Shown one piece after another: positions 1 through 12,739 of a stretch of DNA of 64,000 nucleotides. Both the position numbers and the translations under genes were made by a program. How positions within the stretch are numbered: the stretch's first letter is position 1; each line of letters begins with the position of its first letter. Below the pieces are notes generated by a model. The model ran no database searches, was not told the DNA's origin, and was given only the letters and a program-made list of their open reading frames with translations. Source of the DNA: Octopus vulgaris (taxonomy: Eukaryota); assembly GCA_951406725.2 (NCBI GenBank), contig OX597840.1, positions 40,114,001 through 40,178,000 on the forward strand. Reading direction: 5' to 3'.

Positions 1-350
1 TTATAAGTTAGTGTAGGTGGTCAGGGAAAATTGCGAATGTGCGGGTCTAATCGACTTAGATTCATGGAAACCTTACGATAGGGTTGATGTCTAATATTTG
101 GCGGTTGTGTTCACTGCAGCTGGTTGCAGTTCACTGTTGGATTACCGCATTATCGACAATTTTTAGTGGTTAGTGAAAAGGCCACGTACCGTAACAATTC
201 ATCGTCAAGTACTCAGTCTGTCAGACTTGTCAGCTCACGGCTTATCAACCAACAAACCTTTCAGACGAAACAGCAGCAGCAGCAGTAGCAGCAACAGCAC
301 TTGCAGCAGTAGTAGTGAAACAGAAGGGCCAATATGCTCACATCCCCAAT

Positions 351-1338
351 GCGGCGAGCTGGCAGAAACGTTAAGCGCGCCGGGCGAAACGTTAAGCGAA
401 ACGTCAAGCGCGCCGGGCGAAATGCGTAGCTGTGTTTCGTCTGTCTTCATGTTCTGAGTTCCAATTCCGCCGAGGTCGACTTTGCCTTTCATCCTTTCAC
501 GGTCGATTAAATAAGTACCAGTTACGCACTGTGTTCGGTATAATCGACTTAATCCCTTTGTCTGTCCTTGTTTGTCTTCTCTGTGTTTAGCCCCTTGTGG
601 GTAGTAAAGAAATAGGTATTTCATCTGCCGCTACGTTCTAAGTTCAAATTCCACCGAGGTCGACTTTGCCTTTCATACTTTCGTGGTCGATTAAATAAGT
701 ACCAGTTACACACTGGGGTCGATAATCGACTTAATCCGTTTATTTGTCCTTGTTTGTCCTCTCTGTGTTTAGCCCCTTCTGGGTAGTAAAGAAATAGGTA
801 TTTCGTCTGCCGCTACGTTCTAAGTTCAAATTCCACCGAGGTCGACTTTGCCTTTCATACTTTCGTGGTCGATTAAATAAGTACCAGTTACACACTGGGG
901 TCGATAATCGACTTTATCCGTTTATTTGTCCTTGTTTGTCCTCTCTGTGTTTAGCCCCTTGTGGGTAGTAAAGAAATAGGTATTTCGTCTGCCGCTACGT
1001 TCTAGTTCAAATTCCACCGAGGTCGACTTTGCCTTTCATCCTTTCGTGGTCGATTAAATAAGTACCAGTTACACACTGGGGTCGATAAATCGACTTAATC
1101 CGTTTATTTGTCCTTGTTTGTCCTCTCTGTGTTTAGCCCCTTGCGGGTAGTAAAGAAATAGAAATAGGTATTTCGTCTGTCTTTACGTTCTGAGTTCAAA
1201 TTCCACCGAAGTCGACGTTGCTTTTCATCCTTTCGGGGTCGATAGATTAAGTACCAGTTGCGTACTGGGGTAGATCTAATCGACTGGCCGCCTCACTCCC
1301 GAAAAATTTCGTGTCTTGTGCATAGAGTAGAAAAGAAT
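351..1338 (+). mobile_element. SINE family A (tRNA-headed), head-to-tail multimer of 5 body units of ~181 bp
   Basis: Head GGCGAGCTGGCAGAAACGTTAAGC (A-box-like) and GAGTTCAAATTCC (B-box-like). Body GGTCGACTTTGCCTTTCATCCTTTCG..GTCGAT..AATAAGTACCAG repeats at ~434, 618, 799, 980 and 1168. The same element occurs more than 10 times in the window. Confidence 0.9.
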
Positions 1339-1422
1339 ATGTTCACATCCCGTCCGTGGTAGACGCCGTTCCACAGAAATCTCAGAAGGCACGTGCGGTT
1401 AGTCGTCGAATAAAACTTACAC

Positions 1423-2005
1423 ATTTTGTTGTGTCTGGGGAGAGTCATTTTCTTTTTGTGCCTTATAATGTAACACACATACATTGAAAAGGTAGCAAGA
1501 CGCAACGGAAATTTTAGGGAAATAAAAATAAAAAATGAGTAGAAATTTTACTGTGAGTGTATTACATTATCACCGTCACCGTGACCGACCAGGGTATCAG
1601 ATGTTGCCTCACATCGCTGGTCACAATGCGCTTTGCATTGTTTTAGCCTTCAAATGACGCCACCCTGCTGGCTAAGCGAGCAGGCCAACAGAAGAAAGAG
1701 TGAGAGAAAGTTGTGGCGAAAGAGTACAGCAGGGTTCACTACCACCCCCTGCTGGAACCTCGTGGAGCTTTAGGTGTTTTCGCTCAATAAACACTCACAA
1801 CGCCCGGTCTGGGAATCGAAACCGCAATCCTCCGACCGCGAGTCCGCTGCCCTAACCACTGGGCAATTGTGCCTCCGTATTACATTATAAGACACAAAAA
1901 GAAAATGACTCTTCCCAGGCACAACAAAATATGCTTCAACACACGAACTCACATAAAGAATCTAGCAAACCAAATCCAAAAACAAAAACTTACACAATTT
2001 CCCCA
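1423..2005. repeat. Inverted-repeat element (Penelope-pLTR-like), interrupted by SINE C; same family as 54700-54975
   Basis: 1423-1475 is the reverse complement of ~1879-1932. The sequence is homologous to 54700-54975. It carries a hammerhead-like motif at 1484-1517. Confidence 0.7.
1571..1876 (-). mobile_element. SINE family C (tRNA-derived head), full length with 12-bp TSD
   Basis: Minus strand begins GGAGGCACAATTGCCCAGTGGTTAGGGCAGCGGACTCGCGG...GGTTTCGATTCCC (A and B boxes). TSD GTATTACATTAT at 1559-1570 and 1877-1888. A second, partial copy lies at 31848-31950. Confidence 0.9.
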
Positions 2006-2473
2006 GAATTTCATGACCTTCTACCAATGTGTGTGTGCATGTGTGTACATGTGTGTGTGTACGCTTGTATATGTATATGTGTGTGTGTATGCTTGTATAT
2101 GTGTGTGTATGCTTGTATATGTATATGTGTGTGTGAGAGACAGAGAGACAGAGAGAGGGAGAGAGAGTCATGTAATTTGCCTGAACGTGCGTAAGATTCT
2201 GATGTCGAAGTCACCAAAAGTGCTATTGTTGTTGTCGTTGTTGTTGTTATTGTTGTTGGAGTTATTTTGTAGCAAGATTTATAAGAAAGGAATTTATCGA
2301 AGGAAAATAGATATTTTTTTTTTATTCAATATTCTATAAACTTATTATTGCAAAAAAAAAAAAGAGAAATCAGGTTTATATATCGATTGAATATGTCGTT
2401 ATTTGGAAGGAAATCATTAGAAAGACACATGCAGTTATGCCTTCGTATCGATCTGTATCCATTCGCTTATGTA

Positions 2474-3229
2474 TGGTGGTGGTGGTGATTGTGGTGGTGG
2501 CGGTGGTGGTGGTGGTGGTGGTGATTATGGTGGTGATGGTGGTGGTGGTGGTGGTGGTAGTGGTGGTGGTGGTGGTGGTGGTGGTGGTGGTGGTGGTGGT
2601 GGTGTGGTGGTGGTGGTGGTGGTGGTGGTGGTGGTGGTGGTGGTGGTGGTGGTTGTGGTGGTGGTGGTGGAGGTGGTGGTGGTGGTGGTGGTGGTGGTGG
2701 TGGTGGTGGTGGTGGTGGTGGTGGTGGTGGTGGTAGTAGTGGTAGTGATGGTGGGGGGAGTGGTGGTGGTCATGGTGGTGGTGGTGGTAGTGGTAGTGGT
2801 GGTGGTAGTCGTGGTGTTAGTCGTGGTAGTGATGGTGGTGGGGGAGTGGTGGCGGTAGTGGTGGTGGTGACAGTGGTGGTAGTAGTGGTAGTGGTGGTGG
2901 TGGTTATGGTAGTGGTTTTGGTAGTAGTGGTGGTGGTGTTGGTAGTGGTGGCGGGTGGGTGGCGGGCGGGTGGTAGTGGGCGTAATAGTGGTGATGGTGG
3001 TGGTGGTGGTGGTGGTGGTGGTGGTGGTGGTGGTGGTGGTGGTGGTGGTGGTGGTGGTAGTGGTGGCGGGTGGGTGGAAGTGGTGGTGGTAGTGGGCGCA
3101 TATTGTGGTGATGGTGGTGGTGGTGGTGGTAGTGGTGGCGGGTGGGTGGAAGTGGTGGTGGTAGTGGGCGTATATTGTGGTGATGGTGGTGGTGGTGGTA
3201 GTGGCGGCGGCCGAGGTGGTGGTGGTGGT

Positions 3230-3260
<31 letters not shown>
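2474..3260. repeat. Long imperfect (GGT)n/(ACC)n trinucleotide array
   Basis: Directly visible; it generates the poly-G/V/W/T/P/H ORFs in the track. Confidence 0.98.
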
Positions 3261-3773
3261 TGCACGTGCGTGTTGTTTCGTATACATGTGACAATTGATT
3301 TGTGTATCCTCGTTTACTTCGCTTTTTCATGTTTAAACCAACATTGTTCAAATCAGTTGTTTGTTGGCGGGGGGGGGGGGGGGCGTGGTGGGGTGGGGGC
3401 GGGAAATATTTTCAACAAAATCAAAGAGCAACCATAATGCGAGGGAATAAACATACGCCCCCACCACCACAACGCCACACCCCCCTACACACAGAAACAA
3501 TCATGTGTGTGTGTGTGTTTGTGTGTATAAAGGCAGTAGAAAATTATTTGTGTAGCTGTATATATAAAGACAAAAATTATTTATATCTAGATATAAGACA
3601 ATGGTACTTATTCTTTAAGTACCAAATGGGACATCCATCTGTCTGTGTGTCTATATATCTATTTTATATAGGTGTGTATATTTGTTGTGCCTGTGTATAT
3701 ATGTGTGTGTATGTGTGTATTTATGTGTGTAAATATAAAAATATTCATATATATATAAATACCGGTGTGTTAG

Positions 3774-3808
<35 letters not shown>

Positions 3809-3821
3809 AGAGAGAGAGATG

Positions 3822-3979
3822 CGACGGGTTTCTTTCAGTTTCCGTCTACCAAATTCACTCGCAAAGCTTTGGACTGCCTGAGGTTATAGAAGAAGACAAT
3901 TGCCCCATATGCCACACATTGGGACTGAACCCGGAACCATGTGGTGGGTAAGCAAGCTACTTACCACTCAAGCACTCCT
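3822..3979 (-). mobile_element. SINE family B, 5' half
   Basis: Matches the head of the full copies at 16725-17110 and 60442-60840. Confidence 0.85.
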
Positions 3980-4040
3980 ATATATCCACATACAAATACA
4001 CACATACATACATATATACATACACACATTCCTACATATA

Positions 4041-4093
<53 letters not shown>

Positions 4094-4159
4094 ATATATG
4101 TATGTATATATGCATATATATATGTATATATATATGCATGTTTATATATATATATATTA

Positions 4160-4286
4160 TTTTGCAATTTAATTAATCATTGACATTTTATTGTTATTTT
4201 AATTTTAATATTTCTATTGTATGTAATTTTCTAGATGGTGTAATTTAATTGTTCATTTTGAATTGATAAAAGGTGGGTGTTTTCTA

Positions 4287-4354
<68 letters not shown>

Positions 4355-4432
4355 GTGTGACATTTGATTTAGTATTTCCAAAATTGAATTTTTTTCCTTG
4401 TAAGTTTTGGATTTTATTCCCCCAAATGATAA
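4160..4432. repeat. AT-rich interspersed repeat; reverse-complement homologue of 38667-38890
   Basis: TTTCTAGATGGTGTAATTTAATTGTTCATTTTGAATTGATAAAAGG and CCTTGTAAGTTTTGGATTTTATTCCC..AAATGAT match 38667-38830 in reverse orientation. Confidence 0.8.
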
Positions 4433-5208
4433 TTATTATTTAAAAAATATATATATCTACGTATGTATATATGTGTGTATGTACTTATGTATGTATGCAT
4501 GTATGTACGTATGTTATTGTTCAGTTATATTTCAAGAATTTTTGTCAATAGAGAACGAGCCGGTTTCTAACCTAGATTCAAGGCTCCTTCATTGGAATTT
4601 CAACAACAGGGTATATATGTATGTATGTATGCATATACGTATGTGTGTACCTGTCTCTATCGTTCTGTATTTGTTACTATGTACTTTCAGTTGGACTTCA
4701 ATTAAGCTACTTATCTTTTCACATTATTGTTTAAAGTACCAAGGTCTTCTCCAGCCATTTCCACCTTTTTTTTTCTTAAAACAGACAGGGTTGCTTTCAT
4801 TGGAACTTGGCTTCTATTACCAGCAGATCGAGACGCTATTAAGAGGATCTGTTGCGACCTTGTTTGTCAGTATACTATGCATAGATGTGATATTCAATCG
4901 GATAGAACTTCCATTTAGACATGCAAGATCTCCAAGTGTCTGTGTATGTGTGTATCTCTGCGTACATGTGTACGTGTGTGTGCTTATTTGTGTATGCCTG
5001 TTGCTTTGTGCGTATGTGTGTCTGTGTGTCTGTGAAATGTTAACAAAATCCACCACGGAAGAAAATACTATGTGAGAACTATGAAATTCCAATTACGTCT
5101 CTTAACTGAATTTTGCTGAATTTAATTAACAAACGAAGAAATAAAATATAAAATACAATTATACAATAAAATACATATATATATATATACACATATATAT
5201 GTATGTAT

Positions 5209-5294
<86 letters not shown>

Positions 5295-5554
5295 CATACA
5301 TATATATATATATTTATATATATGTATATATATATATATATATATATACATATATATATTTACATATATATATATGAATTTATGTACACATTATATTTAT
5401 ATGTATATATATATTTATATGTGTGTGTATAATATATATTCATACGTACATATTTATATATGTGTACGTATATACATACATATATATATGCATACATACA
5501 AACATATATATATGCTCACATATATACATATATATTCATACATACATACATACA

Positions 5555-5587
<33 letters not shown>

Positions 5588-6729
5588 GCTCATATACATA
5601 TATATAGGCGGGTGTATATGTGTATGTGTGTGTGTATATGTATGTATATAAGTAAATTTTACTGGGAAAATAATTTCCGGGAACTTGTAGAGCAGAGAAT
5701 GAAGAAAGCTGATAAGCCGTATGGCGTCTACTAACTTCATCCCAATTCTAGATTTGATTTCAGGCCTCCCCTATGTCAATGAGATTTCAATGCTTAAGGC
5801 TAATGCAGTATCGTCTGCTTTTACCGATTTATCATTCATATAGCCTAGATCGAATTGATGGTAAATGCTGAGACGATCACCTCCTGAGGAATATACATTT
5901 AGACGCATACAAATAAGACACGAATGTTAAAAGATATTTTCTTTTATCTCTTTTGACTGAGAATTCTTATTTTCCACATTTTTCCAGTGCCACTAACTTC
6001 TCCGTTACTATCACCAGCGACACCATTATCATCATCACCGACATCAACGTTATTACTAAAACCTTATGAACAAGATGGATTCCGATGCCGCCAGCTTCGA
6101 ATTAACGATCTAATTTCACGGTGTACATTCAGACATCGTAATTCGTATTCTTCGATTGAACATACAAGTTTGAACAAAATAAGACAAAAAAATAAATATT
6201 TAGGCTTTTCTTTTTCCTTATTTTTTAATTTCATTCTTTTTTTTTCTCCTGCAAATTTGTAAGAAGTCTTCAAAAGCATGTCATCAATTTGTAACTATTC
6301 GCTTTTGATGAACTTAAGCGACTCAAACAAAATAACTTAAATATATACATCTCATTATTCTTTGCAAGAAATTCTTTCAGGGTTCTAGCGTAAAATATTG
6401 GCAGGAGGCATAAATTACACTAGTCAACACATTTTTTTACTAACTTCGGTTTTGTGGTTGTTTTTAGTTAATTTTGAGATGCTGATTTCAAATACGGCAT
6501 CCATTTTCCCCCTAATACACCAGGTTTTCATTCTATAGCGTACCCCTATTTTATGAGGTACTGCATAAATAGTTTACTTAGTCAGGGTAGTTCACTAAGG
6601 CTTAGAGCTTAAAACCATAAGTTTTAAATGTCAATAGAATGTGAAATGTAAGATAGCATCACCTCTCACTAAATACATTCTATTAATTTTCTAATATGAT
6701 GGATAAAACACGAACCATCGTATATATAC

Positions 6730-7270
6730 CTATTTCTTTATTACCCACAAGGAGCTAAACATAGAGGGGACAAACAAGGACAGACATAGGTATTAAGTCG
6801 ATTACATCGACCCCAGTGCGTAACTGGTACTTATTTAATCGACCCCAAAAAGATGAAAGGCAAAGACGACCTCGGTGGAATTTGAACTCAGAACGTAGCA
6901 GCAGACGAAATACCTATTTCTTTATTACCCACAAGGGGCTAAACATAGAGGGGACAAACAAGGACAGACATAGGTATTAAGTTGATTACATCGACCCCAG
7001 TGCGTAACTGGTACTTATTTAATCGACCCCAAAAAGATGAAAGGCAAAGACGACCTCGGTGGAATTTGAACTCAGAACGTAGCAGCAGACGAAATACCTA
7101 TTTCTTTATTATCCACAAGGGGCTAAACATAGAGGGGACAAACAAGGACAGACATAGGTATTAAGTTGATTACATCGACCCCAGTGCGTAACTGGTACTT
7201 ATTTAATCGACCCCGAAAGGAAGAAAGGCAAAGTCGACCTCGGCGGAATTTGAACTCACAACGTAACGGC
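6730..7270 (-). mobile_element. SINE family A, tandem trimer of ~184-bp head-less units
   Basis: Three near-identical units starting CCTATTTCTTTATTA.CCACAAGG at ~6730, 6914 and 7097. Confidence 0.9.
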
Positions 7271-8159
7271 AATTCATGGAACAAATTTCCAATTGCGTGT
7301 GTGCATATACGTGTATGCGCACGTATGTGCTTATATGAATACATTTACGGATGCGTGTGATCATGCATGTGTTATATATGCATGTGTATATATAGACGTA
7401 TGTATATGTTTATATATCTGTGTGTTTATATATACATGTATACATATTCGCATATATATGTGTGTGTGTGTATGTGAGTGCATGCGTACGTTTGTCATTA
7501 TACCTTCTTCCTTCCTCTCTGATTCCTACATATCACTATCACACACGTCTATTTATAGTAATTTGACATCCTTATATTCTTCCCTCCACTTCTACTTTTA
7601 CTACTAAAACTACTACTCACCTCCGTATCATCCCACCCATACCCTTTCTCTTCCCTTTATTTACCCATCCCTTAATAAAACTCTGTCATGTCACTCCTAC
7701 TCACATATCTCACATTCTTTTAATTCTTACCCCTCGACCCTCCTATCGCTCCCCCACACCTCTCCCTTCCTACCATCACATTATCTTGACCACCAAGTAA
7801 CACTCCTTTTTCACTTCTTTTTACTTTTTTCTCTTTCTGTTTTTTCGTTTTTTATTCGCCCCCCCTTCCTATCATTTTCTCTTCTTGTTTTAAATGTCAC
7901 CTATCTCCTCTTTCTATTCATACCCATCTCTCCTCCCACCATCTACCCACAAATACTACCATAACATTCTCAAATTTTCATTCACATCACAAAACCCTTT
8001 CGAATGAGCAACACTGATTCCACAGTTCCATACTTTGAAACGACTAAACATGAACAACCATTGGAACTTACACACCATGGACAGGACATTTTTTACCACT
8101 TCTATACACCAGTTTGCTCGAATAATGGAACTGCAACTACAATAACTTTATATATCTTA

Positions 8160-8660
8160 CTAGCAGTATCGCCCGGCGTTGCTCGGGTTTGTAAGGGAAA
8201 TAACTATATAAGCATTTTTAGAGAGTTACTTCCCTTATAAATTCGGGCTTTCTTAGCCATTTCTGTTTTGGTGTCTTCAAGCCATGAAGTCGTTGTTCTA
8301 AAAGAACGCTGGTTTCCTTCACAACGCATTACGACGTTGATTTCTTTACACTCCCTTCCCCACAGCTTCACGAGGGAGGGAAGGGGAGAAGCAAACAGGT
8401 GCAGGTGTTTGAGCGTGGACGCCAACTCCGCCGCCATCGACACACGATGCATTTTATGCATTAAAATGGAATAAAAAATGATGTTAAATTATTTTTAAAA
8501 TCGTAGACTCATCGTTGACGCGCGCTAATAGTCAGACGGGCTCGATATGAATCACGACTATAAGATACCCGAATTTGGTTAAACTGCACCGCAAAATGTG
8601 GGAGGAGTTAGGAATCTAAATCGAAGGGGACAGACACTCACACAACTAGAGTTTTATATA
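8160..8660 (-). mobile_element. Non-autonomous Helitron, subfamily 1
   Basis: Minus-strand 3' end CCCGAGCAACGCCGGGCGATACTGCTAG|T (GC hairpin ~11 nt before CTAG). Body shared with 28391-28783. The 5' TC terminus is eroded. Confidence 0.75.
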
Positions 8661-8747
8661 TCTTATTTCTACTTTTATTCTCTTATTTCCCTCTATATTC
8701 CCTTTCTCCTCCTTTTCCATAATAATTCGAACTCCAATTCTCACACC

Positions 8748-8795
8748 GTCTCTGATGAAGGGATAACCATAATATATCAAAAACAGCTCTAAGAC
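8748..8795 (+). ncRNA. Degenerate minimal hammerhead ribozyme motif
   Basis: GTCT-CTGATGA-AG-GGATA..TATC-AAAAC-AGCT-CTA-AGAC. Stem I (GTCT/AGAC) is intact, but GAAA and the GUA site are mutated. Confidence 0.5.
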
Positions 8796-8908
8796 TATTT
8801 CATTATAAATGTTCTGAAAAGTCCTCACAGCATTGGCTTTCTTATTTCATTCTATCTAAAACACACACACAAACACACACACGAATATATAAATATACAT
8901 ATACACAC

Positions 8909-8965
<57 letters not shown>

Positions 8966-9039
8966 GTGAAATAGAAAGATGAATAATCTTGTTGCAGATT
9001 AATCAAAAGTTTAACCGATACCTTGGTAGCAAAAATCAC

Positions 9040-9090
9040 AGCAGAAGACAGCACGGTTGGTAAATTGTGCCTTTCGAAACACGTGTAGAA
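9040..9090 (+). ncRNA. Degenerate minimal hammerhead motif
   Basis: CAGAAGA, then stem GCACGGTT/AATTGTGC, then GAAAC-ACGT-GTA (palindromic stem III), in an island between (TA)n tracts. Confidence 0.4.
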
Positions 9091-9140
9091 TGAAATAAAA
9101 CGATTTCTGTTCAATCTTCGTTCAACTCCATTTCTTCAAT

Positions 9141-9192
<52 letters not shown>

Positions 9193-9299
9193 ATTTTCTA
9201 TTCAAATCTTTATGTAGCTCACTATGTATATATGCATATCTATGTAAATATATATACATATGTATATATCTATACATATATATGTTACATACAAAATTA

Positions 9300-9460
9300 A
9301 GAGGAATGACCACTAAAGTGGACACCCTATATGCTAAACATAGACGTCAAATCACCATTACCACGAAGAATGTGCTCAGAAGAAAAAAAATCTAAGCAAA
9401 ACGCCAAAATGTAACAATGAGCAAAACAAATGAAAACATACGAAATAAAAACGATTACCT
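9300..9460. repeat. Interspersed repeat, same family as 22920-23130
   Basis: GAGGAATGACCACTAAAGTGGACACCCTATATGCTAAACATAGA is the reverse-complement homologue of 23085-23130. Confidence 0.75.
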
Positions 9461-9528
9461 TCGTAACAATTAGTTTCATTTGTTAATATCTACGTATATA
9501 AACACGCAGATATCTGCAAGATCATCAA

Positions 9529-9578
<50 letters not shown>

Positions 9579-9604
9579 AAAGAAAACAGGATGCAAAGGA
9601 TTTA

Positions 9605-9691
9605 GCGGTACATATGTTTCTGGCTTTATTAGACAGTTTATATCAATGCATAATTGATGTAATATGTATGTCAATAGCCTTCTTCAGCCGC
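9605..9691 (-). ncRNA. Type I hammerhead ribozyme, intact core (Penelope-type, palindromic stem III)
   Basis: Minus strand: GCGG-CUGAAGA-A-GGCU...AGCC-A-GAAAC-AUAU-GUA-CCGC. Stems I, II and III all pair; GUA cleavage triplet. Confidence 0.75.
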
Positions 9692-9889
9692 GCACAATCA
9701 CCACAGCAAAGACATGTATTACATTATAAGTTTGGGGAAGCGAATTCTCGTAGTCGTATACAGCAGAGCGAGACAGCAAAACAAAAAAAATATATGTGTG
9801 TATATATTTATACATCATAGACACATGTATATATCTATGCAGTCCCTTCATATGCACATATGTGCGCTTGCTCAATTGTGTACACGTTT

Positions 9890-10120
9890 TGTTTGTTTGT
9901 ATGTGTGTGTGCGTGTGTGTTTGTGTCTGTGTGTCTGTGTGTCTGTGTGTCTGTGTGTCTGTGTATATGTGTGTGTGTGTGAGTGTATGTGTGTGTGTGT
10001 GTGTGTGTGTGTCTATGTGTGTATGTGTGTGTGCATGTGTGTGTGTGTGAGTGTATATGTGTGTGTATGTGTGTGCGTGTGTATGTGTGTGTGAGTGTGT
10101 GCGTGTGTGAGTGTATGTGT

Positions 10121-10170
<50 letters not shown>

Positions 10171-10228
10171 ATGTGTGTGTGTGTGTGTATGTGTGTGTGT
10201 GTGTGTATGTGTGTGTGTGCGTGTGTGC
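9890..10228. repeat. Imperfect (GT)n microsatellite
   Basis: Directly visible. Confidence 0.98.
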
Positions 10229-10827
10229 AAGCGCGCTATGAATTAGCAATTCCATTCCAGAACTCTGCATCATGAAACGAAATTTCGCCATAGACGAACT
10301 TTTCTCTTCATCGCTTTGGAGTCGATACCAAAGCCAGCTAGTCATGTATCGGATTCTTCTTTTAAATAATAGATTATCGATTCTCCGCTTCATTAGGGTA
10401 TCGGAAAAAAGAACGTTTCGCTATTTCTTCCGGCACTTTACGTTCTTAGTTCAAATCGTACACAGGTTAAGTTTGCCTTTAACCCTTTTGGCGCGTGTCG
10501 AATACTCGGATCGATTCCATCGATTGGAGATTCATGGATTTTGCCGAGATTAGAGATTATGTTCTAATTCACATATACACATATGTGCACACATATATAT
10601 ATATATATACACACACTTACGCATATGTCTGTATATATATATATATATATGCGTGTGTGTGTCTGTGTCTGTGTCTGTATGTGTGTGTACATGTATATGT
10701 ATATATATGAGTGTGTGTATGTATGTATATATATATACATAACCTACGCTTATGTCTGTATATATATATATATATGCGTGTATGTGTCTGTGTCTGTATG
10801 TGTGTACATGTATATGTATATATATGA

Positions 10828-10873
<46 letters not shown>

Positions 10874-10911
10874 ATATGTATATATATATAACCCCGACTC
10901 AACCCGGGACC

Positions 10912-10949
<38 letters not shown>

Positions 10950-10955
10950 CATATA

Positions 10956-10993
<38 letters not shown>

Positions 10994-11054
10994 TACATAT
11001 ATATTTATATTTATATTTATATATATATATATATTAATATGTATATAAATATAT

Positions 11055-11108
<54 letters not shown>

Positions 11109-11156
11109 ATATATATTTGTATACATATATGTATGAATGGATGTATGTATGTATGC

Positions 11157-11835
11157 ACTTGTTACAGTCACTAGTCTGCGGCCATGCCGGAGCACCACCT
11201 TAGAGACTATTGGTCGATTGAATCGACCACATTATTTGTTTCTTTTCTTTTATTTTCAAGCTGGATCATTATTTTTTTCCCTCTCTTGTCTCTGGGGACA
11301 TGAACACACCAACACCTCTTCACAAGAGGTGCTGGAGAACTAGCACACACATACACACATATACATACGCACACAGACGCATGCATTGACATGCACGCAC
11401 ACACAAGGCACGCGAGCGTAGCACACGCATGCACACACACACACACACACACGCACACACACACGCACGCACGCATAGACGCAGGCGTGGCTGTGTGGTG
11501 AGGAGTATATTTCCCAACTGCTCGCTTCCGAGTTCAGTCCCATTGCGTGGTACCTTGGTACCTCTTTAAACGCGGACCCATTAAATCCTTATGAATGGAT
11601 TTGATTGCTGGAAACTGAAAGAACCCAGTTATGTGTGTGTGGGGGGGGGGTGCGAGCCTTTTTTTATGTGTTGGTTACCCACCCCCGCAGATTTTGGAAT
11701 GTAAACGCCCCATTAACATAGCGCTTCGGCAATAGAGACCGATAGAATATGTACCAGGATTCAATAATAAATACTGCTGTCTATTCGTTCGACTAAAATT
11801 CTTCAACATGGGGCTACAGCATGGCCTCAGTCTAG
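11157..11835. mobile_element. Old degenerate SINE B fragments (tail on minus ~11157-11320; head and tail on plus ~11480-11835)
   Basis: GCAGGCGTGGCTGTGTGGTGAG..GAGTTCAGTCCCATTGCGTGG, GAGACCGATAGAATA.GTACCAGG and GCGGCCATGCCGGAGCACCACC motifs. Confidence 0.7.
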
Positions 11836-11839
11836 CTAG

Positions 11840-12236
11840 ATATATACATACATACGTACATACATACACCATACACACATACATACACACATAGATGCAT
11901 ACACACACATACATACATACACACATACATGCATCCACACATACATACACACATACATATATACGTACGTACGTACATACATACATACATACATTCATAC
12001 ATACATACATACATACATACATACATACATACATACATACATACATACATACATACATACATACACACATACATACATACATACATACATACATACACAC
12101 ATACATACATACACATACATACATACATACATACATACATACATACATACATGCATACATACATACATACATACATACATACATACATACATACATACAT
12201 ACATACATACATACATACATACATAGGTACATACAT
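11840..12236. repeat. (ACAT)n tetranucleotide array
   Basis: Directly visible. Confidence 0.98.
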
Positions 12237-12676
12237 GAAAAAAAATATCTGTGTGATTTTTAAGATGTAATTGAGTTATATATGTCCTATTGAAGATGTA
12301 TTGAAGTTCAGAAATACTTCATAACAGATAAATTATACAGGAAACACAATGCTTAACCATATATATACATATATATATATATGTATATATATGCGGTGTG
12401 ATGTTTACTCTAAATAATTAAGCAGTGTCTGTTTGAGAAGGCATTCTCAAAGATTGCATTGTAGGTTGTTTTGTGTAAGAGACAAACAGGAAAACCTCGT
12501 ATAAAACACAATTCGTATTGTACTGCATACAATAGAGTGCAGTCTACAAAATCGCAGACAATAGACTGGAGTGGCGGTAGGATATTGAATGGAATTAAAT
12601 GAATAAAAATATATACATCTTTGAAGACGCACAGACATATAAATAAATATACACCTTAGCGTACTGCCAAACATAA

Positions 12677-12727
<51 letters not shown>

Positions 12728-12739
12728 AACTGTTCAAAA

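Noticed and set aside
434-1338. CRISPR-like periodicity (also 6730-7270 and 26307-27582)
   Set aside because: Whole units repeat with no unique spacers, there are no cas genes, and the context is eukaryotic.
1800-1876. tRNA gene
   Set aside because: The tRNA-like head is followed by a SINE body and bounded by a TSD; no proper acceptor stem.
2437-3351. Long Gly/Val/Thr/Pro/His-rich ORFs
   Set aside because: Translations of a (GGT)n array, open in nearly all frames; no splice or domain evidence.
4555-4600. Hammerhead-like motif on the minus strand (CCAATGA...GAAACCGGCTC)
   Set aside because: Two non-compensatory core changes and no convincing stem I.
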